A stretch of 64,000 bases of DNA from a virus (IMGVR_UViG_3300027971_000029:60558-124557); one strand, 5' to 3'; positions 18,532 to 25,315 are shown, counted from the first letter of the stretch. Notes: generated by a model from the letters alone, not told the origin. A program made the numbers and translations.

Positions 18532-19019
18532 TTGACCCGTTTACAGCATTTGCATTAGCACAAGGTGCTGTTGCTGGTATTAAAAAAGCAATTGCATTAG
18601 GCAAAGACATTAATGGTCTTATACATGAATTCAGTGCATTCTACAAAGCCGCTGATGATGTACATCACTCGGCAGTAAAAGCTAAAATAGATTCTATTCG
18701 CATGAGTAATGCTGAGATAAGTGCCAGAGCATTACAAATTGCTATGGCATCAAGAGCATTAAGACAACATGAAAAAGAACTCAAAGACATTCTATTTTGG
18801 TCTGGTAATGCTGAAGTCTATTATGAAATGCAAGCAGAACGAAAAAGAATGATAGATGAGCGTCAAGCAGAAGAAAAAAGAGTAGAAGAGCAAAAACAAA
18901 AAGACCGTGAAGCCAAAGCAAGGGCTATGATGGGCACTCTTTGGATTATGGGTTCTCTTTGCATTGTCATACCAATGTGTACAATTCTCTTTCAACTGAT
19001 AACAGTCAAACATTTATAA
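18528..19019 (+). CDS. coiled-coil protein with C-terminal TM; paralog of 38363-39040
   Basis: MIDPFTAFALAQGAV...E.EL..L; C-terminal TM. Confidence 0.75.
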   Translation: MIDPFTAFALAQGAVAGIKKAIALGKDINGLIHEFSAFYKAADDVHHSAVKAKIDSIRMSNAEISARALQIAMASRALRQHEKELKDILFWSGNAEVYYEMQAERKRMIDERQAEEKRVEEQKQKDREAKARAMMGTLWIMGSLCIVIPMCTILFQLITVKHL

Positions 19020-19093
19020 TGGAGCGGAGTGAGAGAATCGAACTCTCAACGGAAGATTGGAAATCTACAGTTTTACCATTAAACTAACCCCGC
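19020..19093 (-). tRNA. tRNA-Gly(TCC)
   Basis: loop TTTCCAA, U73, CCA. Confidence 0.9.
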
Positions 19094-19175
19094 AAATGCA
19101 CCGATGCTTATTCAAGCAGAAGCAATGTTCGGTGCCACACAAAGGCAAGATTTAAAAAGAGCCTGCACTCTATAC

Positions 19176-19250
19176 TGGAGCGGGTAGAGGGAATCGAACC
19201 CTCAACTAAACCTTGGCAAGGTCTTGTGTTACCACTAGCACCATACCCGC
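19176..19250 (-). tRNA. tRNA-Gly(GCC)
   Basis: loop TTGCCAA, U73, CCA. Confidence 0.92.
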
Positions 19251-19253
19251 ATA

Positions 19254-19742
19254 CTACGCCTCAGCTAATTCTTGTTCAGCCAAGATTCTTTTCAGTCTAT
19301 CAGCACAGAAACTTGCGGCTGGCGCATCTGGCTTGACCATTGGTGTCACATTACATGTACCTTTGATATAACCAATTGCTTGTTGCACTACGCAAGAACT
19401 TCCGTGTTCATCAGATTTGTTCAAGTCCAAATGAACTTCAACATGTCTATCTTCAAGCACATCGGCTAACGATTGAAACAATTCTGAAACCTTGTAGACT
19501 TCAGTCATCAATCTCATAGCAGGTTTGCTTTTCTTGTGGTCATAATCTAATTCACGAGTTAAAAAACCGAAAATCTTACAGCCATGGCGTCCATCAATAT
19601 GAACTACAACAGCCAATGCATAATCTGCATACCACACGCCGTCAACTCTAACTCTTTCTGAATCAGCACCGAGATATACTTTCGTGTCAGGTCCTTGATT
19701 CACAATGAATTGTTTCACTTTTTCGATTTCAAAATTTTTCAT
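19254..19742 (-). CDS. RNase H-like YkuK (DUF458) family protein
   Basis: VYLGADS...VVVH..G..G...RLMTEVY...VEVHLD...KP.A.AAS..AD. Confidence 0.8.
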   Translation of the reverse strand: MKNFEIEKVKQFIVNQGPDTKVYLGADSERVRVDGVWYADYALAVVVHIDGRHGCKIFGFLTRELDYDHKKSKPAMRLMTEVYKVSELFQSLADVLEDRHVEVHLDLNKSDEHGSSCVVQQAIGYIKGTCNVTPMVKPDAPAASFCADRLKRILAEQELAEA

Positions 19743-19758
19743 AGATACTTCTTTCTTA

Positions 19759-19833
19759 TGGCACCCCGCCAGGGATTCGAACCCCGTCCCACGGTTTTGG
19801 AGACCGTCATGCTGCCGTTAACACCAGCGAGAT
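19759..19833 (-). tRNA. tRNA-Trp(CCA)
   Basis: loop CTCCAAA, G73, CCA. Confidence 0.9.
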
Positions 19834-19836
19834 ATA

Positions 19837-19911
19837 TGGTCCTCTCGAAAGGAATCGAACCTTAGGTCTTTCGGTTATCAGCCGAATGCTCTACCATTAA
19901 GCTACAAGAGG
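19837..19911 (-). tRNA. tRNA-Ile(GAT)
   Basis: loop CTGATAA, CCA. Confidence 0.9.
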
Positions 19912-19916
19912 AAACT

Positions 19917-19991
19917 TGGCGGGTCCTGAGAGAATCGAACTCCCACTCGTAGGTTCGTAGCCTACTGTAATATCCATTTTACTAAAGACCC
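19917..19991 (-). tRNA. tRNA-Arg(ACG)
   Basis: loop CTACGAA, CCA. Confidence 0.92.
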
Positions 19992-19995
19992 ATAT

Positions 19996-20070
19996 TGGTG
20001 GTGATAGTTGGATTCGAGCCAACGACCTACTGCGTATGAAGCAGTTGCACTACCGCTGTGCTATATCACC
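19996..20070 (-). tRNA. tRNA-Met(CAT), probably elongator
   Basis: loop TTCATAC, fully paired acceptor stem, CCA. Confidence 0.8.
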
Positions 20071-20074
20071 ATAT

Positions 20075-20150
20075 TGGTTGCAGAGGCAGGATTCGAACCT
20101 GCGGTTCTTGGCTTATGAGACCAAGCGGATGACCACTTCCATACTCTGCG
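20075..20150 (-). tRNA. tRNA-fMet(CAT), initiator-type
   Basis: C1:A72 mismatch, loop CTCATAA, CCA. Confidence 0.8.
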
Positions 20151-20155
20151 ACAAT

Positions 20156-20232
<77 letters not shown>

Positions 20233-20241
20233 ATAAAAACT

Positions 20242-20315
20242 TGGTGCCCCATGACAGAATCGAACTGCCGTAACCTGATTACAAAACAGGTGTAATACCA
20301 TTATACTAATAGGGC
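20242..20315 (-). tRNA. tRNA-Thr(TGT)
   Basis: loop TTTGTAA, CCA. Confidence 0.92.
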
Positions 20316-20409
20316 GAAATAGGTGTCGGGCTTCCACCGACTGCTAATCAAACTACTCTGAACTCAGAGGTGATTAATCTGCCTTGATACAATCTTCAAG
20401 GACTTTTAT

Positions 20410-20487
20410 TGGTCTGTGTGGTTGGATTCGAACCAACGGCTCCTCACTTCCAAGGCGAGATGTCTGACCTGACTGACATACACACAG
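20410..20487 (-). tRNA. tRNA-Pro(TGG), second divergent copy
   Basis: stem CTCGC/GTGAG, loop CTTGGAA, CCA. Confidence 0.85.
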
Positions 20488-20493
20488 ATAAAA

Positions 20494-20567
20494 TGGTGGA
20501 GGATAAGAGAATCGAACTCTTGTGACTAACTTGCAAGGCTAGTATAATACCATTATATGAATCCCCC
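20494..20567 (-). tRNA. tRNA-Ala(TGC)
   Basis: G3:U70, loop CTTGCAA, CCA. Confidence 0.92.
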
Positions 20568-20623
20568 GAAATATGTGATTGACTACTTATCTCATTATAC
20601 GCCATCAATCAAGGCGAGTTATA

Positions 20624-20699
20624 TGGCTCCACAGGGTGGGTTCGAACCACCGACCAAATGATTAACAGTCATCTACTCTACCGACTGAGCTACTGCGGA
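20624..20699 (-). tRNA. tRNA-Asn(GTT)
   Basis: loop CTGTTAA, CCA. Confidence 0.93.
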
Positions 20700-20705
20700 A
20701 TATTC

Positions 20706-21068
20706 TTAAACTAAATCGTGTGTCAAATTTACGCTAGTCGAGTAGTAGCCGTTAGACTCACCAAACCAACGAACATCAACATAACCTTTGCGTGTTGCAA
20801 ATTTGTAGAATGTCCACTCAACACACTCGTGGTTCATAGCATCAAACTCAACTGGTGTTTCACCTGATACCTCTTCAGCCATCAATAGTGGTTCACCTTC
20901 TAAGTCTGACAAGTCACCAACGATATCTTCTATCGAAACAGACTCACAACAATCTTGGTAATGAAGGAAAGTGAATACTTCTTTATCATTAGCAAATGTC
21001 ATTGTTTCGCCATCTTGTGTCACCGATGTGAACACTTTACCTATCATATTCTCTATATTCATTTTCAA
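20706..21068 (-). CDS. conserved acidic phage protein
   Basis: QDCCESV...WTFYK..T.KG.V..RW.GESNGYYS. Confidence 0.75.
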   Translation of the reverse strand: MKMNIENMIGKVFTSVTQDGETMTFANDKEVFTFLHYQDCCESVSIEDIVGDLSDLEGEPLLMAEEVSGETPVEFDAMNHECVEWTFYKFATRKGYVDVRWFGESNGYYSTSVNLTHDLV

Positions 21069-21085
21069 CTCCTTACAAAAAAACT

Positions 21086-21160
21086 TGGCGGTTCGTAGGG
21101 GTAACGATCCCCTTCTTTATGCGTGACAGGCATATGTGCGTCCATGAACACTTACGAACC
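21086..21160 (-). tRNA. tRNA-Asp(GTC)
   Basis: loop CTGTCAC, non-canonical T-loop ATCGTTA, CCA. Confidence 0.85.
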
Positions 21161-21164
21161 AAAT

Positions 21165-21250
21165 TGGTGGAGACAGATGGATTCGAACCACCGTGCTTTT
21201 TACAGAACAGATTTACAGTCTGCCGCCTTCAGCCACTCGGCCATATCTCC
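21165..21250 (-). tRNA. tRNA-Tyr(GTA)
   Basis: loop CTGTAAA, long variable arm, CCA. Confidence 0.93.
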
Positions 21251-21258
21251 AAAACTTT

Positions 21259-21333
21259 TGGTAGGGGTACAGAGAATCGAACTCTGATTAATAGGTTAAA
21301 AGCCTACTACTTTAGCCGTTAAGTTATACCCCC
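21259..21333 (-). tRNA. tRNA-Lys(TTT)
   Basis: loop CTTTTAA, CCA. Confidence 0.9.
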
Positions 21334-21340
21334 AAACTTT

Positions 21341-21423
21341 ACCATAGAAAAACACATTAGTCTCAAAAAGCGTAACAGCAGTTTTCACCGACAGGCTTAT
21401 GAGATAATGCGTTTATCTATGGT
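21341..21423 (-). repeat. tRNA 3'-trailer long hairpin, copy 1
   Basis: plus ACCATAGAAAAACACATTA ... TAATGCGTTTATCTATGGT; homologous to 22316-22397. Confidence 0.65.
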
Positions 21424-21494
21424 ACTCAGTACGGGAGTCGAACCCGTCTTTCCAGATTGAAAGTCTAGCGACCTAACCGATAGTCGAACTGAGC
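21420..21494 (-). tRNA. tRNA-Glu(TTC)
   Basis: loop CTTTCAA, CCA. Confidence 0.9.
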
Positions 21495-21496
21495 AT

Positions 21497-21521
21497 AAGC
21501 AATGCAAATTTTTAAAGAACT
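21497..21521 (-). promoter_or_regulatory. boxA-like leader, 25-bp repeat copy 1
   Basis: minus AGTTCTTTAAAAATTTGCATTGCTT, identical to 22472-22496; resembles rrn boxA GCTCTTTAACAA. Confidence 0.7.
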
Positions 21522-21546
21522 TATCGATTTCTCAACCGATGCATGA

Positions 21547-21574
21547 AGTATAACAGAACTGTAGGTTTTGTCAA
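21547..21574 (-). promoter_or_regulatory. sigma70 promoter internal to the tRNA array
   Basis: TTGACA-16bp-TATACT. Confidence 0.75.
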
Positions 21575-21625
21575 CATCTTTTTTTCATACTGTTACAAAA
21601 ATACAACACAACTTCTATTTGCAAT

Positions 21626-21702
21626 TGGAGTGCGTGACAGGAATCGAACCTGCATAAAACGGATTTGCAATCCGACACCTAACCGTTCAGTAGCACACGC
21701 AC
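21626..21702 (-). tRNA. tRNA-Cys(GCA)
   Basis: loop TTGCAAA, U73, CCA. Confidence 0.9.
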
Positions 21703-21709
21703 ATAAAAT

Positions 21710-21788
21710 TGGTACCCTTGCTCAGATTCGAACTGAGAGAACTCTTCCTTTTGAGAGAAGCGACTTTACCAGATTTGTCCACAAGGGC
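21710..21788 (-). tRNA. tRNA-Leu(CAA), short variable arm
   Basis: loop CTCAAAA, A73, CCA; 79 nt. Confidence 0.85.
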
Positions 21789-21789
21789 A

Positions 21790-21864
21790 TGGTAGACTGA
21801 AAGAGAATTGAACTCTTACTCGACCGATTATGAGTCGGCTGCTTTACCATTAAGCTATCAGTCT
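21790..21864 (-). tRNA. tRNA-Ile2(CAT, lysidine type)
   Basis: anticodon arm GCCGA-CTCATAA-TCGGT resembles bacterial ileX; CCA. Confidence 0.75.
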
Positions 21865-22106
21865 TCTTTTTCTAAATCTTGTTCGAGTCTTTGTTCTTGT
21901 ATCGTTTTCTCTTTGAAAACTTTTCTAGGATTACTGCACATCACACATCTAGGATTACCACAATTCATAGCATGATGTTTTGCGAACTTGTGAGGTTCAT
22001 CAACAACAATGCCGAACTCTTTAGCAATCTTAACTTGTTTCTTCACTGCATTGTCTGTTTCGAAAATGCGTTTAGAATGCTTGATTTTTTCTTCTTCATG
22101 CGACAT
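21858..22106 (-). CDS. small basic Cys-rich protein
   Basis: MSHEEEKIKHSKR...HHAMNCGNPRCVMCSNPRK; AAGGAG RBS (longer ORF call runs through tRNAs). Confidence 0.7.
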   Translation of the reverse strand: MSHEEEKIKHSKRIFETDNAVKKQVKIAKEFGIVVDEPHKFAKHHAMNCGNPRCVMCSNPRKVFKEKTIQEQRLEQDLEKED

Positions 22107-22126
22107 ACCAACTCCTTTTAAGAAAA

Positions 22127-22214
22127 TGGCAGAGAGTATCAGATTCGAACTGATGCACCCATTTCTGAATGACGGTTTAGCAAACCGCTGGTTTAACCAC
22201 TCACCCAACTCTCT
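22127..22214 (-). tRNA. tRNA-Ser(GCT)
   Basis: loop TTGCTAA, long variable arm, G73, CCA. Confidence 0.92.
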
Positions 22215-22221
22215 ATAAACT

Positions 22222-22310
22222 TGGCGGAAGAACTGAGATTCGAACTCAGGGACCTTGTTACAGTCGGCAGTTTTCAAGACTGCTGGTTTAAACCACTCAC
22301 CCACTCTTCC
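22222..22310 (-). tRNA. tRNA-Ser(TGA)
   Basis: loop CTTGAAA, long variable arm, CCA. Confidence 0.93.
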
Positions 22311-22315
22311 AATAT

Positions 22316-22397
22316 CATAGAAAAACACACTTCGAATACTGTACTAAACAGAAACTATCCATCACGGGCTCCCCCGCTGAAATGTGTTTATCTATGG
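22316..22397 (-). repeat. tRNA 3'-trailer long hairpin, copy 2
   Basis: plus CATAGAAAAACACA ... TGTGTTTATCTATGG. Confidence 0.65.
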
Positions 22398-22468
22398 CAG
22401 GGGATACAAGAATCGAACTTGTACTAACAGATTCAAAGTCTGCTGTGCTACCACTACACAAATCCCCA
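22395..22468 (-). tRNA. tRNA-Gln(TTG)
   Basis: loop CTTTGAA, G73, CCA. Confidence 0.9.
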
Positions 22469-22471
22469 ACA

Positions 22472-22496
22472 AAGCAATGCAAATTTTTAAAGAACT
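22472..22496 (-). promoter_or_regulatory. boxA-like leader, 25-bp repeat copy 2
   Basis: identical to 21497-21521. Confidence 0.7.
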
Positions 22497-22502
22497 GTAG
22501 TC

Positions 22503-22531
22503 AGTGTAACAGAAGTCGATGCATCTGTCAA
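22503..22531 (-). promoter_or_regulatory. sigma70 promoter at the head of the tRNA array
   Basis: TTGACA-17bp-TACACT. Confidence 0.7.
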
Positions 22532-22561
22532 GCAACCTAAGTTGCTATTTTTTACAACTAC

Positions 22562-22600
22562 AAACAAAAATCCCCTAGTTTTTTAGGCTAGGGGATTTTG
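22562..22600 (-). terminator. intrinsic terminator (attenuator)
   Basis: minus AAAATCCCCTAG-loop-CTAGGGGATTTT ending in the U-tract TTTTTGTTT. Confidence 0.85.
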
Positions 22601-22624
22601 GTTTATTTTGTATTGGTTACAAAG

Positions 22625-22741
22625 TTAGCAAAATCCCCATTGTGTTCCATAATCCGCACCTGTATTAATTGAGCATGGGCGTGACTCAACCTGCCAGAGT
22701 GCGGCGGGGCTTAACTTAAAGAAATGGGATATATTTTGCAT
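22625..22741 (-). CDS. leaderless leader peptide containing all 20 amino acids (attenuator peptide)
   Basis: MQNISHFFKLSPAALWQVESRPCSINTGADYGTQWGFC*; ATG at the predicted +1; last codons GGGGATTTTG are complementary to the terminator 5' arm. Confidence 0.8.
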   Translation of the reverse strand: MQNISHFFKLSPAALWQVESRPCSINTGADYGTQWGFC

Positions 22742-22747
22742 CATATT

Positions 22748-22776
22748 ATTATATATGTTTTTTTATTGCTTGTCAA
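22748..22776 (-). promoter_or_regulatory. perfect sigma70 promoter for the leader peptide
   Basis: TTGACA (22771-76)-17bp-TATAAT (22748-53); predicted +1 = 22741. Confidence 0.85.
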
Positions 22777-23099
22777 GTGTTTTCTTCGGAAATATTTGGA
22801 TTAATTTGTAAATTTTCTACAACATGATTCCAAACTTCTTCTGACTGCTCATCTGCAAGTGCATTTTCCAATTCTTCCACACTTGATCCATCACGAACAT
22901 CTTCCCACAATTTATAGAATGAATCATCTAAATTTTTCTGAATGTCCTCTAGCGAACCTTCAAGATAAAACAATGCCTCATTGATATCTTCAGGTGTCGA
23001 TTGTTCAACACCATTAGCGATTACTCGAAATGTTGAATAGAAAGATTTAAGGCGAATTACTTCTTGTTCTAATTGGCTTAATTGATAATAATATTTCAT
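22773..23099 (-). CDS. hypothetical protein
   Basis: AAGGA RBS, acidic helical ORF. Confidence 0.6.
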   Translation of the reverse strand: MKYYYQLSQLEQEVIRLKSFYSTFRVIANGVEQSTPEDINEALFYLEGSLEDIQKNLDDSFYKLWEDVRDGSSVEELENALADEQSEEVWNHVVENLQINPNISEENT

Positions 23100-23110
23100 A
23101 ACGATTCCTT

Positions 23111-23617
23111 TTAATTTTGCGGGCTAACATAAACATTCACATTCAGCGTTGAGCCGATTTGTGCGGGGCGATTTGTACGAACTGTCATGTATCTTCCATT
23201 GTAATCTACAGTCATATTGTATCCTTCAGGTGATGATACTGTTTGATATGTGGTAAAGCATTGTGTCTGGACTTGTGATTGTTGCGACATTGATTTATCA
23301 ATCTTACCGCCAACTATTGCACCAGTCACAGCACCAATTGCTGTTGATATACCTTGACCAATACCGCCACCTACTTGATGACCAAGAATGCCACCAGCAA
23401 CACCACCAATCACTGTTCCTGTAGTGCCATCACTGCTAGGTGAAACTACACTCACTTGCCTACATGATTGCGATGGGACATTCTGCATTGAAAACACAGG
23501 CTCAACACTCACAACTCTAGCAACATCATGGAACTGTAATTGATTGTTAGGTGTCAATGCATTCTGTGCAAAGACTATACTAGGTGCAATCAACAATGCA
23601 AGAACTGTCTTTCTCAT
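23111..23617 (-). CDS. glycine-zipper 2TM (YcfJ-like) envelope protein
   Basis: signal peptide; GTVIGGVAGGILGHQVGGG.G...TAIGAVTGAIVG. Confidence 0.85.
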   Translation of the reverse strand: MRKTVLALLIAPSIVFAQNALTPNNQLQFHDVARVVSVEPVFSMQNVPSQSCRQVSVVSPSSDGTTGTVIGGVAGGILGHQVGGGIGQGISTAIGAVTGAIVGGKIDKSMSQQSQVQTQCFTTYQTVSSPEGYNMTVDYNGRYMTVRTNRPAQIGSTLNVNVYVSPQN

Positions 23618-23916
23618 ACTTCTTCTCCGATAGAAAAATTGAAACCCTTAATAGAATCCCAGCGAAATGAACGCCATTCATCTTTCTCAACATCAAACAC
23701 CGATTGTGATTCTTCACTCTTCTTGCGAGTAGAGGTTCCTTTTGGAATCATATCGAAAGGAATCAAATCTTCTTTCAGTGTAGCCTTAATCACTCGCTCA
23801 CTTAAATCTTTTTTAGTGAATGTGATTGACACAACACCTTCTTGCAATATGGCTCGAAGCCAATTCTTTTCTTTTTCACTCTTAAACACAAATTCATCAT
23901 TCATAAACATCTCCAT
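23614..23916 (-). CDS. WYL_2 / SH3 beta-barrel fold protein
   Basis: V..TFTKKD..ER...ATL...VFDVEKDEWRSFR. Confidence 0.75.
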   Translation of the reverse strand: MEMFMNDEFVFKSEKEKNWLRAILQEGVVSITFTKKDLSERVIKATLKEDLIPFDMIPKGTSTRKKSEESQSVFDVEKDEWRSFRWDSIKGFNFSIGEEV

Positions 23917-24284
23917 TACGATTCAGACAGATACATCTTAACACGATCCGCATAGTTTGTCAAGTAATCTTTTATCCAATTGGGCGAAGTATTGGTCTTT
24001 CTTAGAATGCAACCATAGATGCTCATGTCAGATAAATTTTTGGCATAGACAATTGGGTCACTGAAGACTGCCTCAAAGTTTTCATCAAGAATCGGCACAT
24101 TGTCATCATTGGTCTTGAACAGAATTACATGATACAAGTCACCAAAATCATTGCCCTTAACTTTCAGTCCTCTAGTCTCAGCATTGTTGAATGTGAAATA
24201 CTGAAACTGTGTGCTATCATCATCCTCCGGGTCTGGTACGAAATAGAATCCATCGTAATCGGTAGGTTTAGGATGTAATGACAT
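23916..24284 (-). CDS. hypothetical protein
   Basis: AAGGA RBS, coupled ORF. Confidence 0.6.
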   Translation of the reverse strand: MSLHPKPTDYDGFYFVPDPEDDDSTQFQYFTFNNAETRGLKVKGNDFGDLYHVILFKTNDDNVPILDENFEAVFSDPIVYAKNLSDMSIYGCILRKTNTSPNWIKDYLTNYADRVKMYLSES

Positions 24285-24429
24285 GCAGTTCCTTTTGATA
24301 GTTTTGTTTGTTCTTTGGGCGTGAATACACTTTTACACTCAACTCTACCCGTTGGCGATATTTAGGTGTGCGTAAATCTTTTGCAACTAGGTTGCGAGGT
24401 TTTAGTGAAAGTTTCATAATGTGTGCCAT
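24268..24429 (-). CDS. small basic ArfA-like peptide (53 aa)
   Basis: Manual translation MAHIMKLSLKPRNLVAKDLRTPKYRQRVELSVKVYSRPKNKQNYQKELHVITS; AGGTGAG RBS; has its own promoter. Confidence 0.6.
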   Translation of the reverse strand: MAHIMKLSLKPRNLVAKDLRTPKYRQRVELSVKVYSRPKNKQNYQKELHVITS

Positions 24430-24465
24430 GGCTCACCTAATGCAGTGAAATGTGTCAATATGTGT

Positions 24466-24494
24466 ACTATAACACACATTGTGCCATTTGTCAA
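24466..24494 (-). promoter_or_regulatory. sigma70 promoter
   Basis: TTGACA-17bp-TATAGT. Confidence 0.75.
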
Positions 24495-24552
24495 GCACAA
24501 AAAAAAGTGTTGTTTTTACGCAACACTTTTCTGAATGACAACTAAGATTGTA

Positions 24553-24825
24553 CTATTTTGAATTTTCGAAATGAACCCTATTGGAATCTAATACATCACA
24601 CACAAAATTGATAAAAGTGACTGCATCGTTTTCCTCATTGAAGTACCTGATAAAAGTCTGCCCAGTGTGCTTAGAGGTGAATACCAATAAAATATTCTCT
24701 TCTCTATAGATAGAGAACTTGATGACCCAACCGTTTCTAAGGATTGGGTTCCAAGTTTTCATCGTCTTACGAATATCCTGTTGAAGGATTTTTCGATAGA
24801 TGAGAGATAGAGGTTCTTTCTGCAT
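24553..24825 (-). CDS. hypothetical protein
   Basis: 90-aa ORF. Confidence 0.55.
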   Translation of the reverse strand: MQKEPLSLIYRKILQQDIRKTMKTWNPILRNGWVIKFSIYREENILLVFTSKHTGQTFIRYFNEENDAVTFINFVCDVLDSNRVHFENSK

Positions 24826-24942
24826 ACTATTATGTATGTAAAAGCAATCCTCTACTTTAGTACCATGATTTGTAACCGTGGCGCTTATGATATTCTAAAC
24901 GCAACTGTCCAATTCTTTCAAAGAAGTTCCATATTTTCTTAA

Positions 24943-25101
24943 TCATATCATACCTCTGCGTTGAAGTGATATAATTCTTCTTTCAACATCTGCATGGTCA
25001 ACCGATTCAGCAAGATATTTCTCAATTTCATTTCTGTAAGAAGGTGTGAATGTTTCCCTGACCCAATCCCAAAAATCTTTTAGGTTAATGGAATTGGTCA
25101 T
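24943..25101 (-). CDS. DUF3563-like small protein
   Basis: Manual translation ...EIEKYLAESVDHADVERRIISLQRRG resembles the YLA.S.D..DLERR motif. Confidence 0.6.
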   Translation of the reverse strand: MTNSINLKDFWDWVRETFTPSYRNEIEKYLAESVDHADVERRIISLQRRGMI

Positions 25102-25102
25102 A

Positions 25103-25315
25103 TTACGCCTTTGCTGTTTTTGCGAACTTCTCTAGGGTTGCTTGCATTTGCTCAGCCAACTCTTGATTAGTCTTCACAATTTGCTTAACAAAAGCGGTTT
25201 GTGTATCAACGAAAGCATTTAGAGGTTTTTGGATTTCTTTGTCTGTGATGTAAGTATTGACAAAGTATTTTTTTGCACCTTGAACGGTGTCGATGAATGT
25301 ATCTACTGCGAACAT
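25103..25315 (-). CDS. phasin-like amphipathic helical protein
   Basis: AGGAG RBS; A/Q/K/T-rich all-helical composition; upstream TGC-repeat motif. Confidence 0.45.
   Translation of the reverse strand: MFAVDTFIDTVQGAKKYFVNTYITDKEIQKPLNAFVDTQTAFVKQIVKTNQELAEQMQATLEKFAKTAKA

Noticed and set aside
20574-20620. Twister or HDV-like (theta) ribozyme
   Set aside because: The required nested double pseudoknot and catalytic residues could not be assigned by eye; kept only as a generic pseudoknot.
21858-22328. 156-aa ORF as given in the track (also 20113-20337 and similar)
   Set aside because: The N-terminal part runs through tRNA-Ser genes; the real start is probably 22106, and the other ORFs over tRNAs are shadows.
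22562-22600. Plain constitutive terminator for upstream genes
   Set aside because: This does not explain the dedicated promoter, the leaderless all-20-aa ORF or the 10-nt competing complement, although the hairpin may also stop upstream read-through.
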